This document shows positions 8,762 through 17,085 of a stretch of DNA of 31,933 nt, piece by piece (within the stretch, counting starts at the first letter, position 1; the number at the start of each line of letters is the position of its first letter). The stretch covers positions 1-31,933 of the forward strand of contig JBHHYO010000026.1 of NCBI GenBank assembly GCA_046757665.1, given 5' to 3'. The notes under the pieces were generated by a model, which was given only the letters and a program-made list of their open reading frames with translations, had not been told where the DNA came from and made no database searches. This stretch comes from Nitrospinales bacterium (lineage in GTDB: Bacteria; Nitrospinota; Nitrospinia; Nitrospinales; JAJDAT01). A program made the position numbers and the translations under genes.

Positions 8762-9331
8762 TCAGGAACTGTTTAAGCCATACAGGGAGAGGCAGGAATC
8801 GCCGAGCCGCCGCCTGCGTTTGAGATTTATTTTATCATAGTTTTCCCGCGGGGCGTCCTTGTGGAAATGCTCGACCACCACCAGAGACGACTCGCGCAAG
8901 AGTGTGGAATGAGCCAGCTTCAGCAGGCAGGCGTCATAAACCTTCTGCTCGAAGGGCGGGTCCACGTAAACCAGGTCGAAAGAATCTCCCCGCTCGCCAA
9001 GAACCTCGATGGCCCGCAAGGCGTCGGATTTCATGACGCGCCAACCGTCGGGACGTTCATTGAGGAAGCGGCAAATCTCCAGGTTTTTATAAATCAGGTC
9101 CTGCGCCTTGCGGTCGTTTTCGACAAACACCACTTGCGCCGCGCCGCGGCTCAAAGCCTCGATGCCGATGCTTCCCGTTCCGGCGAACAAGTCCAGGAAC
9201 CGCGCCCCCTCGATGATCGGGCTCACCTGATTAAAAAACGATTCCTTGACCCGGTCCAGGGTGGGGCGGATGGCGCTACCCTTGAAACTCGACAACTTGA
9301 CGCCCCTGCATGTTCCCGCGATAACGCGCAT
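8762..9331 (-). CDS. rsmD: 16S rRNA (guanine(966)-N2)-methyltransferase RsmD
   Basis: MRVIAG start at ATG 9331, RPTLDRVKES, LDLFAGTGSIGIEALSRGA, DPPF. Confidence 0.95.
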   Translation of the reverse strand: MRVIAGTCRGVKLSSFKGSAIRPTLDRVKESFFNQVSPIIEGARFLDLFAGTGSIGIEALSRGAAQVVFVENDRKAQDLIYKNLEICRFLNERPDGWRVMKSDALRAIEVLGERGDSFDLVYVDPPFEQKVYDACLLKLAHSTLLRESSLVVVEHFHKDAPRENYDKINLKRRRRLGDSCLSLYGLNSS

Positions 9332-9407
9332 GGTGTTCTGGCAACTGGCCAAAAGGCCGGGTTGCTCTATGTACTTTATTTATAATAAGTTGAAAAATCA
9401 ATTTATC

Positions 9408-9436
9408 TTGACAGGTCCGAAAGATCAAACTAATAT
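9408..9436 (+). promoter_or_regulatory. sigma70-type promoter for tRNA-Gln
   Basis: TTGACA (9408-9413), 17-nt spacer, TAATAT (9431-9436); AT-rich upstream region. Confidence 0.7.
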
Positions 9437-9457
9437 TTTAAAATAAGAAAACCATAC

Positions 9458-9531
9458 TCGGGTATCGTCTAACGGTAGGACGTCTGACTCTGGATCAGAA
9501 AGTTGGGGTTCGAATCCCTGTACCCGAGCCA
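9458..9531 (+). tRNA. tRNA-Gln (anticodon CTG)
   Basis: Acceptor TCGGGTA/TACCCGA, anticodon arm TCTGA-CTCTGGA-TCAGA, TTCGAAT T-loop, discriminator G and encoded CCA. Confidence 0.96.
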
Positions 9532-9560
9532 GTTTCCCGATCGGCAACCGGTTTGACACC

Positions 9561-10028
9561 ATGAAAAACATACGCAATCCTTTTCTTGTGGCGCTCGCTT
9601 CGCCCGTTTACATGTTGGCGGCCACCGTGGCCGTCACCAACGACTTTCTTATGGGCGTCATGTTTATTTTGTTTAATCTGGCCCTGCTGGGCGCCTATGT
9701 GTCCGACTTTCATGTGATTCACGATCTGTACTGGAACGAAGTGGCGCATAAGGTCGCCCTTTCTTCTTTCGCCGGCGTTTTCATAGGAATGCTGTTGTTT
9801 TTGTTCATGGCGCCGACGGGGAATACCTCGGCGCCCAGCGCAATTTCGCCGGGTGGCCGGTTTCTGGTGCCGTGGGCGACCATGTCCGTTCCCTCGTATC
9901 TGCTGACGCTTTTCCTGGTCTTTCGCCTGAACAAGCGCGACCTGGAAGCCGAGGAAGCCGTCCGCCTGGAGAAAAAAAAGAACCGAAAATCGAGCGGTCC
10001 GCCCTTGATGGACAAGGACGGATTGTGA
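9561..10028 (+). CDS. hypothetical membrane protein (~4 TM)
   Basis: 155 aa, four hydrophobic segments, charged C-terminal tail; fills the gap between two tRNAs. Confidence 0.8.
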   Translation: MKNIRNPFLVALASPVYMLAATVAVTNDFLMGVMFILFNLALLGAYVSDFHVIHDLYWNEVAHKVALSSFAGVFIGMLLFLFMAPTGNTSAPSAISPGGRFLVPWATMSVPSYLLTLFLVFRLNKRDLEAEEAVRLEKKKNRKSSGPPLMDKDGL

Positions 10029-10059
10029 TACATCAGAATGATCTAAAGAAATAAAACGT

Positions 10060-10131
10060 GGCCCTATCGTCTAGGGGTTAGGACGCCGGCCTCTCACGCC
10101 GGAAACAGGGGTTCAATTCCCCTTGGGGCTA
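10060..10131 (+). tRNA. tRNA-Glu (anticodon CTC), CCA not encoded
   Basis: Acceptor GGCCCTA/TGGGGCT, anticodon arm CCGGC-CTCTCAC-GCCGG, T arm AGGGG-TTCAATT-CCCCT, discriminator A followed by CTT. Confidence 0.94.
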
Positions 10132-10200
10132 CTTAATAAATGCGTTACTTCATCCATTATACACAGTAGTCCTCCGCCATCTTCAATTTAGGAGACCAAT

Positions 10201-10410
10201 ATGGTTAAAATCTCCATGGAAGAGGAAGAAATCAAGAAAATTTTCAAGCAGGCATTGCTTGAAGTTCTTCAAGAGCGAAAAGACATTTTCTATGATGTGC
10301 TCTCTGAGGTAATGGAAGACCTTGCCCTTGCAAAAGCCATAAAAGAAGGCGGAACCACGGAGTCCGTGTCCAAAGAGGAAATTTTTCAGACACTCGAAGG
10401 TCCCGCTTGA
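10201..10410 (+). CDS. putative antitoxin (acidic, partner of RelE-like toxin)
   Basis: 69 aa, EDLALAKAIKEG...VSKEEIF motif, AGGAG RBS, 4-nt overlap with downstream relE-like gene, low GC. Confidence 0.75.
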   Translation: MVKISMEEEEIKKIFKQALLEVLQERKDIFYDVLSEVMEDLALAKAIKEGGTTESVSKEEIFQTLEGPA

Positions 10411-10637
10411 AAGTTGATTTCAAAAGAAGTTTTAACAGGGATTTGAAACGAGTTAAAAGTATCTCCATCAAGAACCAGATAAAGAAAACAATAGAAAGCG
10501 TTGAGAAGGCCCAACATCTTCAAGAAATAAAGCACATCAAAAAACTCGGAGGCGGTGATCGCTATTATCGTATTAGAGTACGTTTGACCTTTGTGAGGTT
10601 TCTTCACCGTAAGGAACTTTACGGGCGCTTTCCTTAA
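10407..10637 (+). CDS. RelE/StbE-family toxin, apparently with an internal in-frame deletion (possible pseudogene)
   Basis: TTG start; FKRSFNRDLK, IKKLGG...YYRIRV, FVRFLHRKELYGRFP; the usual GDYRIG-plus-strand segment is absent; 76 aa. Confidence 0.75.
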   Translation: MKVDFKRSFNRDLKRVKSISIKNQIKKTIESVEKAQHLQEIKHIKKLGGGDRYYRIRVRLTFVRFLHRKELYGRFP

Positions 10638-10640
10638 AGC

Positions 10641-10694
10641 GGCATCATCCGATGCCAAATCCATTTCTGGTTTCTATTCTAAAACCACTTTTTT
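10641..10694 (+). terminator. hairpins/possible terminator between convergent relE and comM
   Basis: GGCATC-ATCC-GATGCC and TGGTTT...AAACCA followed by CTTTTTT. Confidence 0.35.
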
Positions 10695-10713
10695 CAGCGA
10701 TAAGTTACTGTTA

Positions 10714-12246
10714 CTAAATCCAGCTGTTGCGGTCGAGGGTGCGGTACTGGATGGCCTCGGCGACGTGCTCGGACTGGATATCGGCCTCGCCGGCGAGGTC
10801 GGCGATGGTGCGGGCGACTTTCAGGATGCGGTCGTGGGCGCGGGCGCTCAGCCCCAGCTTGTCCATGGCCATCGCCATGATGTTTTTCGACGCCTCGTCC
10901 AGCGGGCAATGGGCCTTGATTTGCCGCGTGTTCATCTGTGAATTGGAATAATTGCGGGCATCCCGGAACCGTTGCAACTGCACCTTGCGCGAGCGTTCGA
11001 CGGATTCGCGGATGGCGGCGGAGGATGCGCCGACGTTTTCCGAGGACAGCTCCTGGTACTCCAGCGCCGGGACTTCGATATGAATGTCGATGCGGTCCAG
11101 CAGGGGGCCGGAGATGCGGGAAAGGTATTTTTTGATCTGCAAGGGCGTGCAGTGGCATTCGCGCTTGGGGTCGGACTGGTAGCCGCAGGGGCAGGGGTTC
11201 ATCGCCGCCACCAGCATGAAGTTGGCGGGATAGGTCAGCGACCCGGCGGCACGGGCGATGGACACCGTTCCCTCCTCCAGCGGCTGGCGCATGACTTCCA
11301 GCACGTTGCGCTTGAATTCCGGCAGTTCGTCGAGGAACAAAACGCCGTTATGGGCGAGAGAAACCTCGCCGGGCGTGGGGAACCGCCCGCCGCCGATCAA
11401 ACCGGCGTCGGAAATCGTGTGGTGCGGTGCGCGGAACGGCCGCCGAACCACCAGGCCGGGACCGTTTTTGAGCAGGCCCATGATGCTGTGGATTTTCGTC
11501 GTTTCGATAGCTTCGTCGAGGGTCAGCGAGGGCAGGGTGGTGGGCACCCGCTTGGCCAGCATGGATTTGCCGCTACCCGGCGGGCCGATCAGCAAAATGT
11601 TGTGGCCGCCGGACGCGGCGATTTCCAATGCCCGCTTGACATGTTGCTGACCCTTGACGTCGGTGAAATCGACGTCATACCCCGGGCATTGGAAAACGTC
11701 TTCGTCCGCGGCGAAAGTTTGCGGCGCCACGTCCAGGGCGCCGCCGAGAAATTCCAGGGCGGCGGGCAGGCTGTCCATCGGATAAACCTTCAATCCCTTG
11801 ACCACCGCCGCCTCACCGGCGTTTGCCGGCGGCAGGATGATGCTGTCGATGCCTTGCCTTGCGGCCATCGTCGCGATGGACAACGCGCCGCGCACCGGCT
11901 TGATGCGCCCGTCCAGCGACAGCTCGCCGAGAATCACGCTACGCGAAAGAGACTCCTTGTCGATGAGGCCGTTGGCCGCGAGGATGCCCAGGGCAATGGG
12001 CAGGTCGAAAGCGGAGCCTTCTTTCTTGATGTCGGCGGGGGCGAGGTTGACGGTGATCCGGCGCAACGGCAATTCCAGCCGGGTGTTCTTGATGGCGGCG
12101 GTCACCCGGTCGCCGCTCTCCTTGACCGCCGTATCGGGCAGGCCGACGATCGACATGCCCGGCACGCCGACCGCGAGGTTCACCTCCACCTCCACCAGAT
12201 AGCCCTCGATGCCCAGCACCGCGCCGCTTTGCACTCGCACCATCAT
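10714..12246 (-). CDS. comM: YifB/ComM family Mg-chelatase-like AAA+ ATPase
   Basis: [65 protein letters not shown]. Confidence 0.95.
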   Translation of the reverse strand: MMVRVQSGAVLGIEGYLVEVEVNLAVGVPGMSIVGLPDTAVKESGDRVTAAIKNTRLELPLRRITVNLAPADIKKEGSAFDLPIALGILAANGLIDKESLSRSVILGELSLDGRIKPVRGALSIATMAARQGIDSIILPPANAGEAAVVKGLKVYPMDSLPAALEFLGGALDVAPQTFAADEDVFQCPGYDVDFTDVKGQQHVKRALEIAASGGHNILLIGPPGSGKSMLAKRVPTTLPSLTLDEAIETTKIHSIMGLLKNGPGLVVRRPFRAPHHTISDAGLIGGGRFPTPGEVSLAHNGVLFLDELPEFKRNVLEVMRQPLEEGTVSIARAAGSLTYPANFMLVAAMNPCPCGYQSDPKRECHCTPLQIKKYLSRISGPLLDRIDIHIEVPALEYQELSSENVGASSAAIRESVERSRKVQLQRFRDARNYSNSQMNTRQIKAHCPLDEASKNIMAMAMDKLGLSARAHDRILKVARTIADLAGEADIQSEHVAEAIQYRTLDRNSWI

Positions 12247-12494
12247 ACGAATCACCTCGCCGAAATTCCCGAAGCTTGCCAGACGGAAAAACTACGGATA
12301 ACGGTACACCAGCGGGACTTCGCGGTCAAGCCGACGCTTTTTACACGGAAACCTTAAATAATTTCACCGAATCGAGTAATATAGAATGGTTGTCGATAGG
12401 GCGGAACCGCATCGGTCGACTTAAAGAATTTTGAGTCGCGGGCCGATATGGCTTATGACGCGGGTTTTGCGTGAAACTTTTCGATGGTGCTTGT

Positions 12495-14753
12495 ATGGCG
12501 GTGAAACGGCCGAAACATTTGCTCATCATCGGTGGCGGAGTGTTCCAGGTGCCGCTCATCAAGGCGGCCAGGGAAATGGGCCTGAAGGTGGTGGTGACCG
12601 ATTACAACGCCGACGCGCCGGGAATGTTGCCGGCCGATTTTCCGCTCGTGGTCAGTACGCGCAACATCAACCTGACGGTGAATGCCGCCAGGGAGTTCCA
12701 CCGGGAATGCCCGCTGGACGGAGTGATGACCGTGGGGACGGATGCCTCGCAGACCGTCGCCGCCGTGGCCAATGCCCTGAGCCTGCCCGGCATCCCTTTT
12801 GAAGTCGCGGAACGGGCCACCGATAAAATCAAGATGCGCCGCTGTTTGAGGGAAAACGGCGTGGCGGTGCCCGATTTCCGCCCGGTTTGGACTTTTGAGG
12901 AGGCCCATCAAGCGGTGCGGGAAATGGCGCTTCCGCTGGTGATCAAGCCCTGCGACAACATGGGCGCCCGCGGCGTCAAGAAAATTCAGCAGGCGGAGGA
13001 CCTGACCGCCGCTTTTTACGAGGCCAAGGAGCAGTCGGTCAGCGGCAACCTGATCGTTGAGGAATTCATGGACGGGCCGGAGTTGAGCCTCGACGCCCTG
13101 GTGTTTGACAATCACATCGAGATCACCGGCATCGCCGACCGGATCATTGAGCGCTCGCCCTATTTTGTGGAAGTGGGGCATACCATGCCCTCGGACCTGC
13201 CGCGCGCCCGGCAGGAGGAGGCGGCGCAACTGTTCCAGGCCGGCATCCGGGCTTTGGGGATTGATATCGGCGCCGCCAAGGGCGACCTCAAGATCACGCC
13301 GTCCGGACCCAAAATTGTCGAAATCGCCGCCCGCCTGAGCGGCGGCTGGATGTCCGCCTACACCTATCCCCTGTCCACGGGCATCAACCTGTTTAAAGCC
13401 GCGATTGAAATTGCCCTGGGAGGCAGGCCGACGGATTTGCGGCCCCGCAAATCCTGGGTCGCCGCCGAACGCGCCCTGACGCCCGCGCCGGGGAAAATCC
13501 TCTCCATCCGCGGCGTGGACGAGGCGCGGAAAATCAAGGGAATCGCCGAAGTCATCCTCATGAAGGAAGCAGGCGATATCGTCACCGAACTCAAAAGCAA
13601 CCTGGGCAAAACCGGGTACGTGATCTCCGTCGGCAAGACGCGCCGCGAAGCAATCCAACGCAACAACCTGGCCCGCGGAACCATCAAGATCGAAACCGGG
13701 CGGACGGATGCGCTGACCTGGGATATTATCCGCAACAATGCCCGCAAAAAATTTTATACCGCCTGCAAGGCCTGCCCGGTCTGCGACGGCGTGGAATGCG
13801 CCGGCAGGGTTCCCGGCATCGGCGGCATCGGCGTCGGCAATTCGTTCACGGAAAACCTGGCGGCGCTGGCGCGGTACAAAATCAATCTGCGTACCCTGCA
13901 CAACGTCAAAACCCCGGACCTTTCCGTGGAGCTTTTCGGGCGCAAACTGGATATTCCGGTCCTGGCCGCTCCGATTACCGGCATGGAAACCAACCTGGGC
14001 GGGGGAATGAGCGAAAAGGAATACGCCGAGGCGGTGCTGGACGGCTGTATTAATTGTGGCACGCTGGGAATGGTCGGCGACGGCGCCAGCCCGGACAAGT
14101 ACCGGATCGGTCTCGAGGTCATCCAGAAGATGGGCGGTCTTGGCGTGCCGATTTTCAAGCCCCGGGAATCCAATTGGCAGATCATCAAGCGGTTCCAGGC
14201 GGCGCAGGAGGCCGGGGCTATTGCCGTCGGCATCGACATCGACGCCGCTTCCTTTAAAACCATGTTGATGAAGGGCCAGCGCGTTGCGCCGAAAACCATC
14301 GACGAATTGCGCGAGTTGCGAAAGCATCTGTCCGTGCCGTTCATCCTCAAGGGAATCATGAACGCCGAGTCTGCCCTGGCGGCGGTCGAGGCGGGAGCCG
14401 ACGCCATCGTGGTCTCCAACCACGGCGGGCGGGTCATGGACTACATGCCCGGAACCGCCGATGTCCTGCCGGAAATCGCCTCCGCGGTTGCCGGCAGGGT
14501 CAAGGTGCTGGTTGACGGCGGCATCCGCGAGGGTATCGATATTCTCAAAATGCTCGCGCTGGGCGCCGACGCGGTCATGATCGGCAGACCCGTCTGCATC
14601 GCCGCCTTTGGCGCGGGCCGGGAAGGCGTCGAATTCTTCCTCCAGGAAAAAACCCGGGAACTGCGGCAGGCGATGATCCTCACCGGTTGCCCCGCCGTGA
14701 ACAGCATCGACCCCGCCGTGATTGTCCGGGACTCCAAGGGCAGACACCGATGA
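12495..14753 (+). CDS. fusion: ATP-grasp ligase plus FMN-dependent alpha-hydroxy acid oxidase/dehydrogenase with Cys4 motif
   Basis: N-half: DKIKMR, PLVIKP, GARGV, VEEFMDGPE, EIAARLSG; C-half: CKACPVCDGVEC, APITG, ILKGI, VSNHGGR, DGGIR, IGRP; one uninterrupted ORF (alternative GTG start 12471). Confidence 0.9.
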   Translation: MAVKRPKHLLIIGGGVFQVPLIKAAREMGLKVVVTDYNADAPGMLPADFPLVVSTRNINLTVNAAREFHRECPLDGVMTVGTDASQTVAAVANALSLPGIPFEVAERATDKIKMRRCLRENGVAVPDFRPVWTFEEAHQAVREMALPLVIKPCDNMGARGVKKIQQAEDLTAAFYEAKEQSVSGNLIVEEFMDGPELSLDALVFDNHIEITGIADRIIERSPYFVEVGHTMPSDLPRARQEEAAQLFQAGIRALGIDIGAAKGDLKITPSGPKIVEIAARLSGGWMSAYTYPLSTGINLFKAAIEIALGGRPTDLRPRKSWVAAERALTPAPGKILSIRGVDEARKIKGIAEVILMKEAGDIVTELKSNLGKTGYVISVGKTRREAIQRNNLARGTIKIETGRTDALTWDIIRNNARKKFYTACKACPVCDGVECAGRVPGIGGIGVGNSFTENLAALARYKINLRTLHNVKTPDLSVELFGRKLDIPVLAAPITGMETNLGGGMSEKEYAEAVLDGCINCGTLGMVGDGASPDKYRIGLEVIQKMGGLGVPIFKPRESNWQIIKRFQAAQEAGAIAVGIDIDAASFKTMLMKGQRVAPKTIDELRELRKHLSVPFILKGIMNAESALAAVEAGADAIVVSNHGGRVMDYMPGTADVLPEIASAVAGRVKVLVDGGIREGIDILKMLALGADAVMIGRPVCIAAFGAGREGVEFFLQEKTRELRQAMILTGCPAVNSIDPAVIVRDSKGRHR

Positions 14754-15547
14754 AATCGAAACGGTTCAAAGTGCTGAAGCGCCCGGACGCCCGGACGCAA
14801 TGGCTGGAAGCCTTGCGCCGCCTGAAAACCCGGTTCGGGGCTTGCGGCCTGAAACTGTCCACCGAGGACGCGGCGATGAGCCTGGAGCAGATCGACTACT
14901 GGAGCCGGTTATGTTCGGGCATCGTGCCGGTCGTCGTCAAAATCGGCGGCCCCAACGCCCGCGGCGACATCAAGCGCCTGCTGACCATGAAAATCGACGC
15001 TCTCGTCGCGCCGATGGTGGAATCGCCGTACGGCCTGGAGAACTATATCGACGCGGTGCGCGACTTCACCACGCCCATTCGGTTTGCGGCGCTCGGTAAG
15101 CGCATCAATATCGAAACCCGCACCGCCGTGGAGCAACTGGACGCCATTCTGGCCTCGCCGCCGGCGGCGCACCTGGATGAAGTCACCATCGGCTGTACGG
15201 ATTTATGCAAATCCATGCAATGCTCTCTTCGGGACCCCGCTCTTCTGGCTTGCGTCAAGGATTGCGTGGCGAAAATACAGTCGAAGGGTCTCAAGGTATC
15301 CGTGGGCGGCGGCGTGTCCCCCAATGACATCGACGCCCGGTTGCGCGATATGTTGCCGGACAAATTCAATACCCGCCTGGTGACGTTTGACGTGCGCCCC
15401 GGCCACAGTTATCGCGATGCCGTCGGCGAGGCCCTGGAACTGGAAATGTCGATGCTGGCCATCGACCGGGAAAAGGGGTTTATTTCCGGGGAAGAAGAAA
15501 AGTTCCGCGTTCGGGAACTCGAAAAACGGTTGCCTCCCGGAGAGTGA
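14750..15547 (+). CDS. HpcH/HpaI aldolase / citrate-lyase-beta (CitE) superfamily protein
   Basis: ATGA overlap with upstream stop; VKIGG, APMVES, INIET (Glu) and IGCTDL (Asp) metal-ligand positions, VGGGV. Confidence 0.8.
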   Translation: MKSKRFKVLKRPDARTQWLEALRRLKTRFGACGLKLSTEDAAMSLEQIDYWSRLCSGIVPVVVKIGGPNARGDIKRLLTMKIDALVAPMVESPYGLENYIDAVRDFTTPIRFAALGKRINIETRTAVEQLDAILASPPAAHLDEVTIGCTDLCKSMQCSLRDPALLACVKDCVAKIQSKGLKVSVGGGVSPNDIDARLRDMLPDKFNTRLVTFDVRPGHSYRDAVGEALELEMSMLAIDREKGFISGEEEKFRVRELEKRLPPGE

Positions 15548-15616
15548 AATTCGGGTTTCCATTGCCGCCGCGAGCCGGCATTTCCCCGCTTTTTTGATGC
15601 GTGCCGGCGAAATCTA

Positions 15617-15651
15617 TAAAAATTTGACAAAATTTTTAATTGGTTTAAACT
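15617..15651 (+). promoter_or_regulatory. candidate aclBA promoter with palindrome over -35
   Basis: TTGACA 15624-15629, 16-nt spacer, TAAACT 15646-15651; TAAAAATTT-GACA-AAATTTTTA inverted repeat 15617-15638. Confidence 0.45.
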
Positions 15652-15797
15652 GCTTATTTGACAATCCAACTCAATGGGTTCATGGGGCAGGGCAAAATGC
15701 CTTTCCCCAAAAAATTTTGCCTAAATAGGCTCTTTTTGCTCATAATCATCCCCGTTGCGGATGTCGTGAGCCGAATATTTTCAAGCGGGAGAGACCG

Positions 15798-17066
15798 ATG
15801 CAACTGACCGGTATGCTCTGGGGACGCAAGTTATTGGACCTGGTCGAATTCCCTCACTCCGAGGTTCGGGGGCCGGAGGCCAGCGTGGACGATATCAAGG
15901 CGTTGATCGAGAAGCATGGGGAAATTTTTATCAAACCGGTGTTCAAGGGAGGCGTGGGGAAAAAAGGCAAATCGGGGTTGATCGGCCGGGTCAACAACAT
16001 CGCCGATGCCTTGAAGGAAAAAGAGCGTCTTTACTTTGCCACCCATCAGGTGGAGCACCACAAGGTCAAGGCGGACGGGGTGACGTTCGAGGGCGCGGTG
16101 CCGGCCAAGCATGAAGTTTATTTCTCCCTCAGCGACAGCACGGTTTACCGCGCTCCCACCATGACCATCACGCACCACGGCGGCGTGGACATCGAGGAAC
16201 TGCCGGCGGATAAAATCGCCCAGGTGCCGTTCGATGCGTTGACCGGGCTGAAAGCGTTTCACGTCTCCAACGCCTTGACGGGGTTGGGAGCGCCGCCGGA
16301 GATCATCAGCCCCCTGGTGCAGAATCTGCCCAAACTCTGGGACCTGTACAACAACTACGGCATGATCCTGCTGGAACTCAACCCCATCCGCATGATGAAC
16401 CGCAAGGGGCGGCTGTTGCCGGTTGCCTGCGATTTCAAGGCCGCGTTCGACATCGACGACCCGTCGTGGAAGCGTTTGCGCCTGCCTTCCCACCTGTTCG
16501 CCTCCGATTATTCCGAGTTCGAGCAGGAGATCAACCAGCTCCGGACGTACCAGGGGCAGAGCGACGTCTTCGTCATCAACGACCAGGGCACCATCACGGC
16601 GCCCACTTTCGGCGGCGGCGCCAATGCCATGGTGACCGAACTGCTGGGCGAGGCGGCCACCATTTCCTCCGACTTCGGCGGCAACCCCCCGTATGCCAAG
16701 ATGAACGAAATCGCCAAAATCACCTTCAAGTACTGGTTGCCGCGGTCGAACGTTTTGTTCATCATCGGCGGCAAGGCCAACAACACCGACATCTATGAAA
16801 CCTTCCGCGCCATGGCGGATGGCCTGAAAGAGTTTTTTCAAACCCACGGCCCCATTCCCCTGTTTGTCGTGGTCGGCCGGGGCGGTCCGAACTTGATCCG
16901 CGGCATGTCCTATCTGCGCGACACCCTGGAGGCTCTCGGACTGCCGTACCGTTTTTTCGGGCACGACAGCGCCATGTCCGAGGTCATCAATTACGCGATG
17001 GCAGTGAACCAGTGGATGGCGAACGGGGGCAAGGAAGCAATTAAAACTAAAATGCAAATCAAATAA
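15798..17066 (+). CDS. aclB: ATP citrate lyase beta subunit
   Basis: SucC-like ATP-grasp (IKPVFKGGVGKKGKSG, HHGGVDIE, LELNP), GGGAN, DFGGNP, IGGKANNTDI, GRGGPN; GGGAG RBS. Confidence 0.92.
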   Translation: MQLTGMLWGRKLLDLVEFPHSEVRGPEASVDDIKALIEKHGEIFIKPVFKGGVGKKGKSGLIGRVNNIADALKEKERLYFATHQVEHHKVKADGVTFEGAVPAKHEVYFSLSDSTVYRAPTMTITHHGGVDIEELPADKIAQVPFDALTGLKAFHVSNALTGLGAPPEIISPLVQNLPKLWDLYNNYGMILLELNPIRMMNRKGRLLPVACDFKAAFDIDDPSWKRLRLPSHLFASDYSEFEQEINQLRTYQGQSDVFVINDQGTITAPTFGGGANAMVTELLGEAATISSDFGGNPPYAKMNEIAKITFKYWLPRSNVLFIIGGKANNTDIYETFRAMADGLKEFFQTHGPIPLFVVVGRGGPNLIRGMSYLRDTLEALGLPYRFFGHDSAMSEVINYAMAVNQWMANGGKEAIKTKMQIK

Positions 17067-17085
17067 GCCGTTGGAGGTTTGTGCA

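Noticed and set aside
10687-10698. ACTTTTTTCAGC resembling the right end of the 5.8-kb MITE at the edge of the TA islet
   Set aside because: Short, imperfect and without a partner end; compatible with chance or a terminator T-tract
10714-12246. comM as a known integration hotspot
   Set aside because: The gene is intact and full-length; no insertion or att duplication seen
10972-12357. 461-aa antisense ORF over comM (similarly 15831-17057, 17548-18690, 25034-26266, 4714-5643)
   Set aside because: Antisense shadows of well-supported genes, expected at this GC content
12453-14747. 764-aa antisense ORF
   Set aside because: Shadow frame of the GC3-biased fusion gene; no recognisable motifs
15658-15663. 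Second TTGACA upstream of aclB
   Set aside because: No credible -10 element at 16-18 nt spacing
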